Assembly (NCBI GenBank): GCA_030603635.1 | Contig: JAUVXK010000001.1 | Location: 4,408 to 68,407, forward strand | From: Burkholderiales bacterium | Lineage (GTDB): Bacteria > Pseudomonadota > Gammaproteobacteria > Burkholderiales > Burkholderiaceae_C | Direction of reading: 5' to 3' | Length of the DNA: 64,000 nucleotides | In this document: positions 29,311 to 39,712 of the stretch, piece by piece | How the letters are laid out: each line of letters opens with the position of its first letter | Numbering within the stretch: the stretch's first letter is position 1 | Translations under genes and position numbers: made by a program | Notes under the pieces: generated by a model | What the model was told of the DNA's origin: nothing | Seen by the model: only the letters and a program-made list of their open reading frames with translations | The model's database searches: none

Positions 29311-29757
29311 ATGCCCCGCCTCCACTTCACCCCACCGGAGCGTTTCCGCTTCAGCACCGACATCCAGATCTACATCAGCCATGTGAACCAGGGTGGCCAC
29401 CTGGACAACGCCCAACTGCTGACACTGGTGTCCGAGGCACGCGTGCGTTTCTTCAAGACGCTCGGCTACAGCGAAGGCGATGTGGCCGGCCACCCCATCG
29501 TGGTGGGCGATATCGGTGCGCAGTACCAGTCCGAGGGTTTTCATGGCGAGGTGATGTGCGTGTCCATGGAGCCGACGGATTTCAACCGTTACGGCTTCGA
29601 CCTGGCGTTCCAGATGCGCGAAAAAGCCAGCGGGCGTGACGTGGCGCTGGGCAAGGTGGGCATCGTGTTCGTGCAGCGCGAGATCAAGAAGGTGGCCCCG
29701 GTGCCTGCCGCCTTCCTGCAGCGGCTCGATGCCGTGTTCGGACCCGACGCACCATGA
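29311..29757 (+). CDS. 4HBT/YbgC-like hotdog thioesterase
   Basis: C-terminal part of ORF 28645..29757. Start chosen at [12 protein letters not shown] (ATG 29311; alternative 29260). [32 protein letters not shown] overlap with the MFS gene. Confidence 0.7.
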   Translation: MPRLHFTPPERFRFSTDIQIYISHVNQGGHLDNAQLLTLVSEARVRFFKTLGYSEGDVAGHPIVVGDIGAQYQSEGFHGEVMCVSMEPTDFNRYGFDLAFQMREKASGRDVALGKVGIVFVQREIKKVAPVPAAFLQRLDAVFGPDAP

Positions 29758-30947
29758 CGCCACGGCCCTGGACGCTGCCCATCCTGCTGGCGCAGATCGC
29801 CTTCGGCATCCTGGCCATGGCCTTATGCCTGCCGTCCATGCCGGCCTGGGTCGACGCCTTCGGTGTGAGCACGGCCCAGGTGCAGCTGACATTCGCCGCC
29901 TACGTGGCGGCCTTCGGCGTGATGCAGCTCTTCTATGGCCCCTGGTCCGACCGTCATGGCCGCCGGCCGGTGCTGCTGGCCGGTCTGGTCCTGGCTCTGG
30001 CGGGCTCGCTCCTCGCGGCCCTGGTCACGACCATCGAACTCCTGGTGTTGGCCCGTGGGCTGCAAGGGGCCGGTACCGCCGCCGGTGTGGTGGTCGGCCG
30101 AGCTCTCGTGCAGGACCTGTACCAAGGCCCCGACCGCACGCGCATCATGGCCTATGTGGGCATGGTCATGGGTGTGATGCCGCCCCTGGCCACCTTGCTC
30201 GGGGGGCAGATGCACGACCGTCTGGGCTGGGCCAGCACTTTCTGGCTGGCGACGGGGCTGGCGTTGGTGCTGCTGTGCTCGGTCTGGTGGGGCCTGCCGC
30301 GTGGGGCACGGCCGACCACGGCAGGCCCGATGCCGGGCATGAACCTGTGGCACAGCTACCGGCAGCTGGCCCGCATGCCCGTGTATTTGTGGCATGTGGC
30401 CGTGCTGAGCCTCACCTATGCCAGCCTGTACGTGTTTCTGAGTGGCGCTCCGGTGGTGTTGGCACGACACGGCATCGGCGCATCGGCCGTGGGCTGGTTC
30501 GTGCTGTGCATGACGGCGTCCTACATTGCCGGCAGCTTTCTGACCAGCCGCTGGATCCACCGCCTGAGCGGCCGCGAGCTGATGACGAGAGGCCAATGGC
30601 TGGCCTTGAGCGGCACGGGCCTGATGCTGCTGCTGGCCTGGCTCGACGTGCCCGTGCACTGGTCCATGACGGTACCGCTGCTCCTGGTGGGCCTGGGGCA
30701 TGGCTTGCTGATGCCGCCCACCCTGGCCGGCACAGTCGGCCAGATCCCGGCACTGGCGGGCTCGGCCGCCGCCGTGGCCGGGCTGATGCAGCAGGTGATG
30801 GGGGCTGCCGGCAGCTACAGCGTGGGGGCTTTCGACCCCGTCAGCGTTGGGCTGCTGGCCGCGCTGATGCTGGGGTTTTCGGTGCTGGCCCTGGGATCGC
30901 AGTGGATGCTGCAATGGGCGCAAGCCCAGGCGGGAAAGCCCGCTTGA
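29754..30947 (+). CDS. MFS transporter, Bcr/CflA drug-resistance subfamily
   Basis: 12-TM pattern, with motif A GPWSDRHGRRPVLL. Confidence 0.88.
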   Translation: MTPRPWTLPILLAQIAFGILAMALCLPSMPAWVDAFGVSTAQVQLTFAAYVAAFGVMQLFYGPWSDRHGRRPVLLAGLVLALAGSLLAALVTTIELLVLARGLQGAGTAAGVVVGRALVQDLYQGPDRTRIMAYVGMVMGVMPPLATLLGGQMHDRLGWASTFWLATGLALVLLCSVWWGLPRGARPTTAGPMPGMNLWHSYRQLARMPVYLWHVAVLSLTYASLYVFLSGAPVVLARHGIGASAVGWFVLCMTASYIAGSFLTSRWIHRLSGRELMTRGQWLALSGTGLMLLLAWLDVPVHWSMTVPLLLVGLGHGLLMPPTLAGTVGQIPALAGSAAAVAGLMQQVMGAAGSYSVGAFDPVSVGLLAALMLGFSVLALGSQWMLQWAQAQAGKPA

Positions 30948-30953
30948 CCCGGC

Positions 30954-32234
30954 TCAGCCACGCACCTCGCCTTCGCCCAGCACCACGTACTTGAGCGAAG
31001 TCAGCCCCTCCACCCCCACCGGCCCCCGGGCGTGGAACTTGTCGGTCGAGATGCCGATTTCGGCGCCCAGGCCGTACTCGAAGCCATCCGCAAAGCGCGT
31101 GCTGGCATTCACCATCACGCTCGCCGAGTCCACCTCGCGCAGGAAGCGCTGCGCGTGCACGTGGTCGGTGGTGAGGATGGCCTCGGTGTGGTGACTGGAA
31201 TAGCGGTTGATGTGGGCAATGGCCTCGTCCACCCCGGCCACCACCTTCACGCTGATCACCGGCGCGAGGTACTCTTCTGACCAGTCCTGCTCGGTGGCGT
31301 CCCGCAGGTTCGCGCCGGGCACGCTGGCCAGCAATGCCCTGGCTTCGGGGCAACAGCGCATTTCCACACCCTTCTGCGCGTAAATGGCGCCGATCTTCGG
31401 CAAAAACGCCGCCGCCACCCCGCGCGCCACAAGCAGGCTCTCGGTCGCATTGCAAGGGCTGTACTTCTGCGTCTTGGCGTTGTCGGCCACCTTCACTGCC
31501 ATGGCGATGTCGCAGGGGTCGTCCACGTAGGTGTGGCAGTTGCCGTCCAGGTGCTTGATGACGGGCACCTTGGCCTCGCGGCTGATGCGCTCGATCAGGC
31601 CCTTGCCGCCGCGCGGGATGATCACGTCCACGTAGGCCGGCATGGCAATGAGCTGGCCCACGGCCTCGCGGTCGGTCGTGGGCACCAGTTGCACCGCATC
31701 GGCTGGTAGGCCCGCCTGCACCAGCGCCTGCTGCACCAGCGCGGCCAGGGCGCGGTTGCTGTCGATGGCTTCGGAGCCACCGCGCAGGATGCAGGCATTC
31801 CCGCTCTTGATGGACAGCGAGGCCGCCTCGATGGTGACGTTGGGGCGGCTTTCGTAGATCATGCCGAAGACGCCGATGGGCACACGCATCTGGCCCACAC
31901 GGATGCCACTGGGTTGCTGCTTCATGCCCATGATCTCGCCGATGATGTCGGGCATGGCCGCGAGCTGTTCACAGCCCTCGGCGCAGGTGTCGATGACCTT
32001 GGGGGTGAGCTTGAGTCGGTCCACCATGGGCTCGGCCAGGCCGTTGGCGCGGGCGCGTTCCAGGTCCTTGGCGTTCTCGGCCTGCAGCTGGGCCACGCTG
32101 GCGCGCAGGAGGGCGGCCAGCCCGCGCAGGGCCGCCACCTTGGAAGCAGCGCCGGCCTTGGCCATCAGCGACGAGGCGGCCTTGGCCTGCTGGCCCAGGG
32201 TGTTCATCAGTTCAACGGTGTTCAGGGCGTTCAT
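30954..32234 (-). CDS. proA: glutamate-5-semialdehyde dehydrogenase (gamma-glutamyl phosphate reductase)
   Basis: ORF 30954..32867 trimmed to [22 protein letters not shown] (cat 32232-32234). [13 protein letters not shown] and [12 protein letters not shown]. Confidence 0.93.
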   Translation of the reverse strand: MNALNTVELMNTLGQQAKAASSLMAKAGAASKVAALRGLAALLRASVAQLQAENAKDLERARANGLAEPMVDRLKLTPKVIDTCAEGCEQLAAMPDIIGEIMGMKQQPSGIRVGQMRVPIGVFGMIYESRPNVTIEAASLSIKSGNACILRGGSEAIDSNRALAALVQQALVQAGLPADAVQLVPTTDREAVGQLIAMPAYVDVIIPRGGKGLIERISREAKVPVIKHLDGNCHTYVDDPCDIAMAVKVADNAKTQKYSPCNATESLLVARGVAAAFLPKIGAIYAQKGVEMRCCPEARALLASVPGANLRDATEQDWSEEYLAPVISVKVVAGVDEAIAHINRYSSHHTEAILTTDHVHAQRFLREVDSASVMVNASTRFADGFEYGLGAEIGISTDKFHARGPVGVEGLTSLKYVVLGEGEVRG

Positions 32235-32393
32235 GCCCGGATTTTCGCACCGATACCGCCCCCCTGGGGGGCCGTCGCCGATGGGGTACCATGCCCACTC
32301 GACACATTTCCCGACACGACCACAGCGAGACCATCCTTCGTGGACAGAGGCACCTTGTTCCCACGATCCGGCCACAGACCGGAGACCGTACGC

Positions 32394-34874
32394 ATGCTGG
32401 GCACCCTCATTGGCGTGGTTTGGTCGGTGATGGGGGTCGGCCTGCTGGTCGTCCTGGCCCTGTTGCTGCAGATGACGCGGGCACAGGACGAAACCGCTGC
32501 CGAAGCGTCGCGTCAACAGTTCCGCGGCCTGCTGGCGTTGCAACAGCAGCATCTGGGTGCCCATGTGCGTGACTATGCCCACTGGGACGCCGCTGTCCAG
32601 CACATTCCCGGGGTCTACGACCCCGAATGGTGGACAAACAACGCCGGTGCTTTTGTCGTGGAAGGGTTTGATCTGTCGTTCAGCCTGGCGGTGGACGGTC
32701 TGAATGCGATGCGGCTGCAGGCAATCGCCTCCGCGAGCGAGCGGGCCGACCCTGCGACGCTGACTCCCTCGTTGCTCGCCCTCCTGAGCGACGCCAGGGC
32801 CCGACGTGGCCGCGAGTCGACCGAGGTTGCGGCCACCGGCATCGTCACGTTCAATGGACAGCTCCACCTGGCGACGGCTACGACCTTCGTTTCGGACACG
32901 GGCGACATCCCCAACGCCGATCCGGATGCGGTGTTGGTGTTTGCACGCGAATTGCAGGGCGGCATCCTGCAGACTTCATCGCACATCATGGGACACGGCG
33001 CTCTCGAATGGTTGGCGGAAGCCCCAGCCGCCGGCACCCATGAGCCACTGGTCCTTGCCGATGGCAGCCGCATGGGCGTTGTGGCCTGGACACCGCCCGC
33101 GCCCGGCCACGCCCTGCTGTACCGCATGGCCCCGCTCATCATCGGGGCGTTCCTGCTGATGGCATTGCTGCTCGGGCTGTTCCGGCACCGGGCCCGCCGC
33201 CTGGCCGCAGCCATCCATGAGGAAGCCGAAGCCCGCCGCCGTTCCGATGAACGCAGCCGCTCCATTTTGCAAGCCGCCGGTGAAGGCATTTTCGGCGTCA
33301 ACGACCGCGGACAGGTGGTGTTTGCCAACCCGGCCGCATTGACCATGCTCGGTCACGACGCCGGCTCCTTCATTGGGCAGCAGGCCAGCGATGTATTCGG
33401 CTGCCCGACCTCCGATGCAGACACCACCCCGTGTCCGATCGAGCGCACGCTGCGGGAGGGCACCCCCGTGTCCAGCGACACAGAGGGTTTCCAGCGCCGG
33501 GACGGAAGTCGCTTTCCCGTCGAATACCTCGTCACGCCCATGGAAGAGATGGGCGAGCGCGGCGCCGTGGTGGTGTTCCACGACATCAGCCGGCGCCGGC
33601 GCAGCGAGGAGGAAATCCGCTACCGGGCGAATTACGACATGCTCACAGGCCTGCCAAACCGCAGCCTTTTGGTTGAGCGCCTGACCCAGGAACTCAGACT
33701 CGCCCGGCGCGAGGGCACCCGCCTGGGCCTGCTGTTCGTGGACCTGGACCATTTCAAGGACATCAACGACGCGGCCGGCCACGAAGTGGGAGACCTCATG
33801 TTGCAGCAGGTCGCGGCACGTCTGCGCCATTGCGTTCGCGACAGCGACACGGTCGGGCGCCTGGGTGGTGACGAATTCGCCCTTCTGCTGCCCCGACTGC
33901 ACGACAGTCAGGACGCCGCCGCCATTGCGGACAAGGTCATCTCCACCCTGGCCGATCGTTTCGACCTGCAAGGCCAGGAGGCCTGGATCGGGGCCAGCGT
34001 CGGCATCACCGTTTTCCCCGGTGACGGCGACACCCCCAGCGAGCTGCTGCGCCACGCGGATCTGGCCATGTACAAGGCCAAGGAAGCGGGGCGCAACGAC
34101 TACCGCTTCTACCAGTCCGCCATGACCGAACAGGTGCTGCAGCGCCGCGCGCTGGAAGTCGAGCTGCGGCGCGCACTGCAGCAAGGCGAGCTGCTCCTGC
34201 ACTACCAGCCCATCGTGGCACTCGCCTCGGGGCAGACCGTCCATGTCGAGGCCCTGCTCCGCTGGCGTCATCCCGTGCGCGGAATGATCGCGCCGGCCGA
34301 CTTCATTCCGCTGGCCGAGTCGTCAGGGTTGATCGTGGAAATCGGTTCGTGGGTGCTTGACGAGAGCTGTCGCCAACTGGCTGCGTGGCGTCAGACCGGT
34401 CGGGACACGGCCGTGGCTGTCAACGTGTCGGGCCGGCAGATCCCGCGTGGTCTCTCGCTGGAACAGATCCGCTCCACCCTGGCACGACACGGGGTGGCGC
34501 CAACCGCGCTGTGCTTTGAGTTGACCGAGTCGATTCTGCTCGACCCCTCGGAAGCCATCAAAAACTGGCTCGAAGGAGTCCGGGCACTGGGCATCACCCT
34601 CATGATCGACGACTTCGGCACCGGCTACTCGTCGCTGAGCTACCTCAAGCACTTCATTGTCCAGGCGCTGAAGGTCGACCGGAGCTTTGTCTCTGGCGTG
34701 GTGGACGACCCCGAAGACCAGGCCCTGGTTCGCGCCATCCTCGCGATGGCCCGCAGTCTGGGCCTGGCGGTCGTCGCCGAAGGCGTCGAGACCGATGCCC
34801 AGCGGGCCTGGCTCCAGGCTCACGGCTGCGAATACGCCCAGGGCTTCCTGTTCGGGCGACCGGCGGAACCCTGA
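32394..34874 (+). CDS. membrane CHASE4-like sensor / PAS / GGDEF / EAL protein (diguanylate cyclase-phosphodiesterase)
   Basis: ORF 31914..34874 trimmed to [20 protein letters not shown] (ATG 32394). DYAHWDAAV (CHASE4-like) and a second TM segment. PAS ([13 protein letters not shown]). [14 protein letters not shown] has an intact I-site and GGDEF. EAL motifs [32 protein letters not shown] and QGFLFGRP are present. Confidence 0.88.
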   Translation: MLGTLIGVVWSVMGVGLLVVLALLLQMTRAQDETAAEASRQQFRGLLALQQQHLGAHVRDYAHWDAAVQHIPGVYDPEWWTNNAGAFVVEGFDLSFSLAVDGLNAMRLQAIASASERADPATLTPSLLALLSDARARRGRESTEVAATGIVTFNGQLHLATATTFVSDTGDIPNADPDAVLVFARELQGGILQTSSHIMGHGALEWLAEAPAAGTHEPLVLADGSRMGVVAWTPPAPGHALLYRMAPLIIGAFLLMALLLGLFRHRARRLAAAIHEEAEARRRSDERSRSILQAAGEGIFGVNDRGQVVFANPAALTMLGHDAGSFIGQQASDVFGCPTSDADTTPCPIERTLREGTPVSSDTEGFQRRDGSRFPVEYLVTPMEEMGERGAVVVFHDISRRRRSEEEIRYRANYDMLTGLPNRSLLVERLTQELRLARREGTRLGLLFVDLDHFKDINDAAGHEVGDLMLQQVAARLRHCVRDSDTVGRLGGDEFALLLPRLHDSQDAAAIADKVISTLADRFDLQGQEAWIGASVGITVFPGDGDTPSELLRHADLAMYKAKEAGRNDYRFYQSAMTEQVLQRRALEVELRRALQQGELLLHYQPIVALASGQTVHVEALLRWRHPVRGMIAPADFIPLAESSGLIVEIGSWVLDESCRQLAAWRQTGRDTAVAVNVSGRQIPRGLSLEQIRSTLARHGVAPTALCFELTESILLDPSEAIKNWLEGVRALGITLMIDDFGTGYSSLSYLKHFIVQALKVDRSFVSGVVDDPEDQALVRAILAMARSLGLAVVAEGVETDAQRAWLQAHGCEYAQGFLFGRPAEP

Positions 34875-34907
34875 ACCTGGCTTCAGCCCCCGCCCTGCAA
34901 GCCCCAT

Positions 34908-34942
34908 GAAAAAGGCCCCGGTTGAACTCGGGGCCTTTTTCT
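34908..34942. terminator. bidirectional rho-independent terminator between convergent genes
   Basis: GAAAAA, GGCCCCG (34914-34920), gttgaact, CGGGGCC (34929-34935), TTTTTCT. Confidence 0.75.
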
Positions 34943-34954
34943 GGGGGGCAAAAA

Positions 34955-35950
34955 TCATTGGCGAGGAATGTTTGCCGTACGAACCACCTCGCTCCATCTT
35001 CGGATGTCGTTGGCCAGCAGTTGCGCGGTTTCCTGGGGCGTGCTGCCACGCGCCTCGACGTTCAGGTCCTGCAACCTTTTCTTCACATCGGCAGAGGCCA
35101 AGGCCGTGGCGATGTCACGCTGGATCTTGTCGATCACCGAAGCCGGCGTGCGCGCAGGCGCGGCAAGGGCATTCCATGAGGAGGCCACAAACCCGGTGAC
35201 GCCGCTCTCACGGGCCGTGGGCACGTCGGGCAGAACGATGGAGCGCTTTTCGCCGGTGACTGCCAGCACACGCATCGCCCTGGACTGCAGGTGAGGCAGC
35301 ACAGGCCCCAGGATTTCCACCGCCACGTCCAGCTGCCCACCACGCATGGCCGCCATCAGTGCCGGCGTGCCGTTGTAGGGCACGATCTGGACATCGATGC
35401 CTGCTGTGCTTTTGAACAGCTCGGCGGCCAGATTCTGAGTGCTGCCCACGTTGATGCTGCCGACATTGATCCGGCCTGGATTGGCCTTCGCATGTGCCAC
35501 CAGTTCCTGCAGCGTCCTGAAGCGGGAGCTTTCGGGCACCACCACGGCAATGTCGAAGTACCCCAGGGTCGAAATGGGGGCGAAGTCCTTCATCGTGTCG
35601 AATGGAAGCCGCTCGAACACCGCCTGGGTCACGGCGGTGCCATTGGACATGAGGAACAGCGTGTGCCCGTCCGGCTCCGCCTTGACCACGCTTTCCGCTG
35701 CAACCACCCCGCCTGCGCCGGGCCGGTTGTCGATGATGACCCCCTGGCCCCACTGCTCAGACAACGAGGCAGCGACCGCTCGCGCCGTCAGGTCACCGAC
35801 CCCACCGGGTCCGAAAGGCACCACGATGCGAACCGGTTTTGTGGGAAAGGACTGGGCAGCAGCAGGAGCAACAGTGAAGCCCAGGCATGAAACGATCAAG
35901 CCGGCGGCAAGCCAGACCCGTCTGTGCTGAGAAAAAGTGCGTGATGTCAT
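34955..35950 (-). CDS. Bug-family (TctC-like) periplasmic solute-binding protein
   Basis: ORF 34955..36034 trimmed to MTSRTFSQHRRVWLAAGLIVSCLGFTVAPAAAQ (cat 35948-35950, AGGAGA upstream). PVRIVVPFGPGGVGDLTAR. Confidence 0.88.
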   Translation of the reverse strand: MTSRTFSQHRRVWLAAGLIVSCLGFTVAPAAAQSFPTKPVRIVVPFGPGGVGDLTARAVAASLSEQWGQGVIIDNRPGAGGVVAAESVVKAEPDGHTLFLMSNGTAVTQAVFERLPFDTMKDFAPISTLGYFDIAVVVPESSRFRTLQELVAHAKANPGRINVGSINVGSTQNLAAELFKSTAGIDVQIVPYNGTPALMAAMRGGQLDVAVEILGPVLPHLQSRAMRVLAVTGEKRSIVLPDVPTARESGVTGFVASSWNALAAPARTPASVIDKIQRDIATALASADVKKRLQDLNVEARGSTPQETAQLLANDIRRWSEVVRTANIPRQ

Positions 35951-36073
35951 CGACGTCTCCTGGTCTTGGTGAGTATCAAATGAAGGCAGGTTCAATGTAG
36001 AAAAACTGCACCTATTTGGCAATGGAAAGAACACGCTACCTGTTATTCCAAATTTGGATGGCTCGTGGGGGCA

Positions 36074-36553
36074 TCACCCCACCCCTTCGCTTGGCGCCCG
36101 ACTGAGCCCGTTGTTCTCGTCGACCAACCGCTGCAGCAGTTGCATGAAGGTGCGCTGCTGCGCAAGGCTCAACGGCGCCAGGATGAGTGCCTGCGCGCGT
36201 GTAACGGCAGGCTCGGCTTGCATGAGCAGGTCCTTGCCGCTGGGCGTGATGTACAGCAGACGCACCCGCCGGTCCTGTGGCGACAGCTGGCGCTCCAGCA
36301 GGCCCCGCGCCTCCAGCCGGTCCACTACGCCGGCGGTGGTCGAGGTGTCGAGTGCGATCAGTCGCGCCAGGGTGCGCTGGTCGACGCCCGGCTGGTCGCG
36401 CACGGTAGACAGCGCACCGTATTGCAACGGCGTGAGGTTGAGTTTTTCCACCTCCTGATGGAAGATGCCCACGGAAATCTGGTGCAGGCGTCGAATGGCA
36501 TGACCGGGCAGGCGGTTCAGACCAGGCACGGTGGGGGGCAGGGACTCGCTCAT
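36074..36553 (-). CDS. MarR-family transcriptional regulator
   Basis: LTPLQYGALSTVRDQPGVDQRTLARLIALDTSTTAGVVDRLEARGLL...DRRVRLLYITPSG (wHTH). Confidence 0.9.
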   Translation of the reverse strand: MSESLPPTVPGLNRLPGHAIRRLHQISVGIFHQEVEKLNLTPLQYGALSTVRDQPGVDQRTLARLIALDTSTTAGVVDRLEARGLLERQLSPQDRRVRLLYITPSGKDLLMQAEPAVTRAQALILAPLSLAQQRTFMQLLQRLVDENNGLSRAPSEGVG

Positions 36554-36616
36554 GAGGTGTCAGTCTAGGGCATGCGAGGACAAAACAAGCACATGAAGTG
36601 GACTGCATAAAAAAAC

Positions 36617-36645
36617 TTGCACAGCTCTGGATTAATCACTACACT
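36617..36645 (+). promoter_or_regulatory. candidate promoter TTGCAC-N17-TACACT for the gentisate operon
   Basis: TTGCAC at 36617-36622 and TACACT at 36640-36645, in the marR/monooxygenase divergent region. Confidence 0.35.
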
Positions 36646-36650
36646 TATCG

Positions 36651-36662
36651 TCAGTATACTGA
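36651..36662. promoter_or_regulatory. perfect 12-bp palindrome TCAGTATACTGA, candidate MarR operator
   Basis: Read directly. Located 5 bp downstream of the putative -10 and 38 bp upstream of the ATG at 36701. Confidence 0.45.
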
Positions 36663-36700
36663 TTATCTTAACTCACCCCCTCAATGACAGGAGACAGCAC

Positions 36701-37912
36701 ATGAGTTCTTCTTCCCCGCACAACTTGCCGGTTCTGGTGGCAGGAGGGGGCATTGGCGGCCTCGCTGCCGCCCTCGCCCTGGTGAACCAGGGGTTTCGGG
36801 TACAGGTGTTCGAACAGGCGCCGGAAATCGGCGAGATCGGCGCCGGCATCCAGCTTGGCCCCAACGCCTTTCACGCCTTTGATGCGCTGGGCGTGGGGCC
36901 ACAGGCGCGCGCCCGAGCGGTCTACACCGACTACATGGTCATGCACGACGCGGTGGACGAATCCCTGGTGGGCAAGATCGAGACCGGTGAGGCCTTTCGC
37001 CAGCGCTTCGGCAATCCCTACGCCGTGATCCACCGGGCCGACGTGCATCTGTCGCTGCTGGAAGGCGCACAGGCCAGCGGCCAGGTCGAGTTTTACACCC
37101 ACACCCGCATCGAGACCATCGAGCAGGACGAGGCGGCCGGAACGGTCACGGCCATCGACCAGAACGGCAAGCGCTGGGTCGGCCAGGCCTTGATTGGAGC
37201 CGATGGCGTGAAGTCCGTAGTGCGTCAGCAGTACGTGAACGATCCGCACCGCGTGACCGGTCATGTGGTCTACCGGGCCGTGGTGGACAAGGCGGACTTC
37301 CCGAAAGACCTGCAGTGGAACGCCGCCAGTCTGTGGGCGGGCCCCAAGTGCCACCTAGTGCATTACCCGCTGCGTGGTGGCGAACAGTACAACGTGGTGG
37401 TGACCTTCCACAGCCGGCAGCAGGAGCACTGGGGAGTCACAGAGGGTTCCAAGGAAGAGGTGGAAAGCTACTTCCAGGGCATTGCGCCGAAGGCACGCCA
37501 ACTCATCGAACTGCCCAAGAGCTGGAAGCGCTGGGCCACGGCCGACAAGGAGCCGATCGAGAACTGGGTGTTCGGCCGCGTGACCATTCTGGGCGATGCC
37601 GCACACCCCACCACCCAGTACATGGCCCAGGGCGCCTGCATGGCCATGGAAGACGCCGTCACCCTGGGCGAAGCCCTGCGCGTGACCGGGAAGGACTGGG
37701 CCGCCGCCCTGGTCCTGTACCAGAAGAACCGCGTGGCGCGCACCGGCCGCATCGTGCTGAGCAGCCGCGAGATGGGTCGCATCTACCACGCCACCGGGGT
37801 GGAGCGCCTGATCCGCAACCAGATGTGGAAGAACCGCCCGCAGCAGCGCTTTTATGATGCCATGGAATGGCTGTACAGCTGGAACGTGAGCAACTGCCTG
37901 CAACAGGGTTGA
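36701..37912 (+). CDS. FAD-dependent aromatic monooxygenase, 3-hydroxybenzoate 6-hydroxylase-like
   Basis: ORF 36617..37912 trimmed to MSSSSPHNLPVLVAGGGIGGLAAALAL (ATG 36701, AGGAGA upstream). GDAAHPTTQYMAQGACMAMEDA. Context: next to gentisate dioxygenase. Confidence 0.82.
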   Translation: MSSSSPHNLPVLVAGGGIGGLAAALALVNQGFRVQVFEQAPEIGEIGAGIQLGPNAFHAFDALGVGPQARARAVYTDYMVMHDAVDESLVGKIETGEAFRQRFGNPYAVIHRADVHLSLLEGAQASGQVEFYTHTRIETIEQDEAAGTVTAIDQNGKRWVGQALIGADGVKSVVRQQYVNDPHRVTGHVVYRAVVDKADFPKDLQWNAASLWAGPKCHLVHYPLRGGEQYNVVVTFHSRQQEHWGVTEGSKEEVESYFQGIAPKARQLIELPKSWKRWATADKEPIENWVFGRVTILGDAAHPTTQYMAQGACMAMEDAVTLGEALRVTGKDWAAALVLYQKNRVARTGRIVLSSREMGRIYHATGVERLIRNQMWKNRPQQRFYDAMEWLYSWNVSNCLQQG

Positions 37913-37925
37913 AACGGAGACGAAC

Positions 37926-38969
37926 ATGCAAGAACTTGGCCGACTGGAAGACCTGCCGCAGGACTACCGCGACGAACTCAAGGCGCTGAACCTGGTGCCC
38001 CTGTGGCCCAGCCTGCGCGGTGTGCTGCCACCGAACGTGCCCACGCGCCAGACGCGAGCCACCCACTGGCCCTACGCCACCCTCAAGCCCTTGCTGCTGA
38101 AGGCCGGTGAGTTGACCCCGATCGAGAAAGCCGAGCGGCGCGTGCTGGTGCTCGCCAACCCCGGACACGGCCTGGAGAAGATGCAGGCCAGCGCCGCCAT
38201 GTACCTGGGCATGCAGCTGCTGCTGCCCGGCGAGTGGGCACCCAGCCACCGCCACACCCCCAATGCCGTGCGCATGATCGTCGAAGGCGAGGGCGCCTAC
38301 ACCACCGTGGACGGTGAAAAGTGCCCCATGAGCCGGGGCGACCTGATCCTGACTCCCACCGGCCTGTGGCACGAACACGGCCACGACGGTAACGAACCCG
38401 TGGTCTGGCTGGACGTGCTGGACCTGCCGCTGGTGTACTACATGGAAGCGAGCTACCACATCAACGGCGAGCGCCAACAAGTCAAGAAGGGCAGTGGCGA
38501 CCGTGTCTGGACGCGTGCCGGCGTGGTGCCCACTCCCGTGTTCCAGCGCAGCGACAAGCGCTATCCGATGCTGCGCTACCCCTGGGCCGACACGCGTGCT
38601 GCCCTGCTGGCACTGGCTCAGGATCAGCCGGCTCAGGAGTGCGTGCAGGTCACCTACGTCAACCCCGAAACCGGCGAGGACGCCGAGAACATCCTGGGCT
38701 TCTACGCGCTGATGCTCAAGCCCGGACAGACGCTACGCCTGCCCGCGCGTTCGCCGGCCCAGGTGTTCCACCAGATCGAAGGTCGCGCCGAAGTCACGGT
38801 GGACGGAGCCGGCCAGACCTTCACCCTGGCCGAAGCCGACACCTGCTGCGCCCCGGGCTACACCGCCGTCACGCTCCAGAACCTGAGCGCCGACCAACCC
38901 GCCTTCCTCTTCATGGCCGACGAGTCCCCACTGCACCGCAAGCTGGGGGTCTACGAAGTCCGCGCCTGA
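37926..38969 (+). CDS. gentisate 1,2-dioxygenase (bicupin)
   Basis: LNLVPLWPSL, WAPSHRHTPNAVRMIVEGEGAYTTVDGEK and LWHEHGH; 347 aa. Confidence 0.9.
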   Translation: MQELGRLEDLPQDYRDELKALNLVPLWPSLRGVLPPNVPTRQTRATHWPYATLKPLLLKAGELTPIEKAERRVLVLANPGHGLEKMQASAAMYLGMQLLLPGEWAPSHRHTPNAVRMIVEGEGAYTTVDGEKCPMSRGDLILTPTGLWHEHGHDGNEPVVWLDVLDLPLVYYMEASYHINGERQQVKKGSGDRVWTRAGVVPTPVFQRSDKRYPMLRYPWADTRAALLALAQDQPAQECVQVTYVNPETGEDAENILGFYALMLKPGQTLRLPARSPAQVFHQIEGRAEVTVDGAGQTFTLAEADTCCAPGYTAVTLQNLSADQPAFLFMADESPLHRKLGVYEVRA

Positions 38970-38992
38970 AACCTTTAACCCACCCCCAAACC

Positions 38993-39694
38993 ATGAGCCA
39001 CTACCTTTTCACCCCTCCTGCTGTCCAGTCCCTGCCCATCCGTGGTCAAGCGGCGCGTTTTCCGATCAACCGCCTGTTCTTCGTGGGACGCAACTACCAC
39101 GCACACGCCGTCGAAATGGGGCGTCCCGTCGATAAAAGCACCGAAAACGCCTTCTACTTCACCAAATCGCCCAGTTCGTTGGTGGGAAGCGGGGCCACGA
39201 TCCCGTACCCGCCCCGCACCCAGAACTACCATTACGAAATGGAGCTGGTGCTGGCGATCGGCAAGCCCGGTTTCCGCGTGAGCGAAGACCGGGCCCATGA
39301 ACTGATCTACGGTTACGCCGCCGGCCTGGACATGACCCGTCGCGACCTGCAACTGGTGGCACGCGACAAGGGCCGCCCCTGGGACACCGGCAAGGACATC
39401 GAAAACGGTTCCGTGTGCACGGAAATCGTGCCCATGGAAGGCGTGGTGGTGAGCCAGGGGGCGATCGCGCTGGAAGTGAATGGCGTGACCAGGCAGTCCT
39501 CCAACGTGGACAAGCTGATCTGGAACATCCGCGAAATCATCGCCGACCTGTCCACCTACTACCACCTGCAGCCGGGCGACCTGATCTACACCGGTACGCC
39601 CGAAGGCGTGGGTCCGGTGGTCGCCGGCGACAGGCTCACCGGCCGTGTCGAAGGCATTGCCGAGGTCAGTTTGAACATCGGCCCCGCCGAATAA
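38993..39694 (+). CDS. FAH-family hydrolase (fumarylpyruvate or maleylpyruvate hydrolase)
   Basis: C-terminal part of ORF 38639..39694, starting MSHYLFTPPAVQSLPIRG (ATG 38993). GRNYHAHAVEMG, YHYEMELVLAIGK and GDLIYTGTPEGVG. Confidence 0.88.
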   Translation: MSHYLFTPPAVQSLPIRGQAARFPINRLFFVGRNYHAHAVEMGRPVDKSTENAFYFTKSPSSLVGSGATIPYPPRTQNYHYEMELVLAIGKPGFRVSEDRAHELIYGYAAGLDMTRRDLQLVARDKGRPWDTGKDIENGSVCTEIVPMEGVVVSQGAIALEVNGVTRQSSNVDKLIWNIREIIADLSTYYHLQPGDLIYTGTPEGVGPVVAGDRLTGRVEGIAEVSLNIGPAE

Positions 39695-39712
39695 GCATGT
39701 GACAATCGGGGC

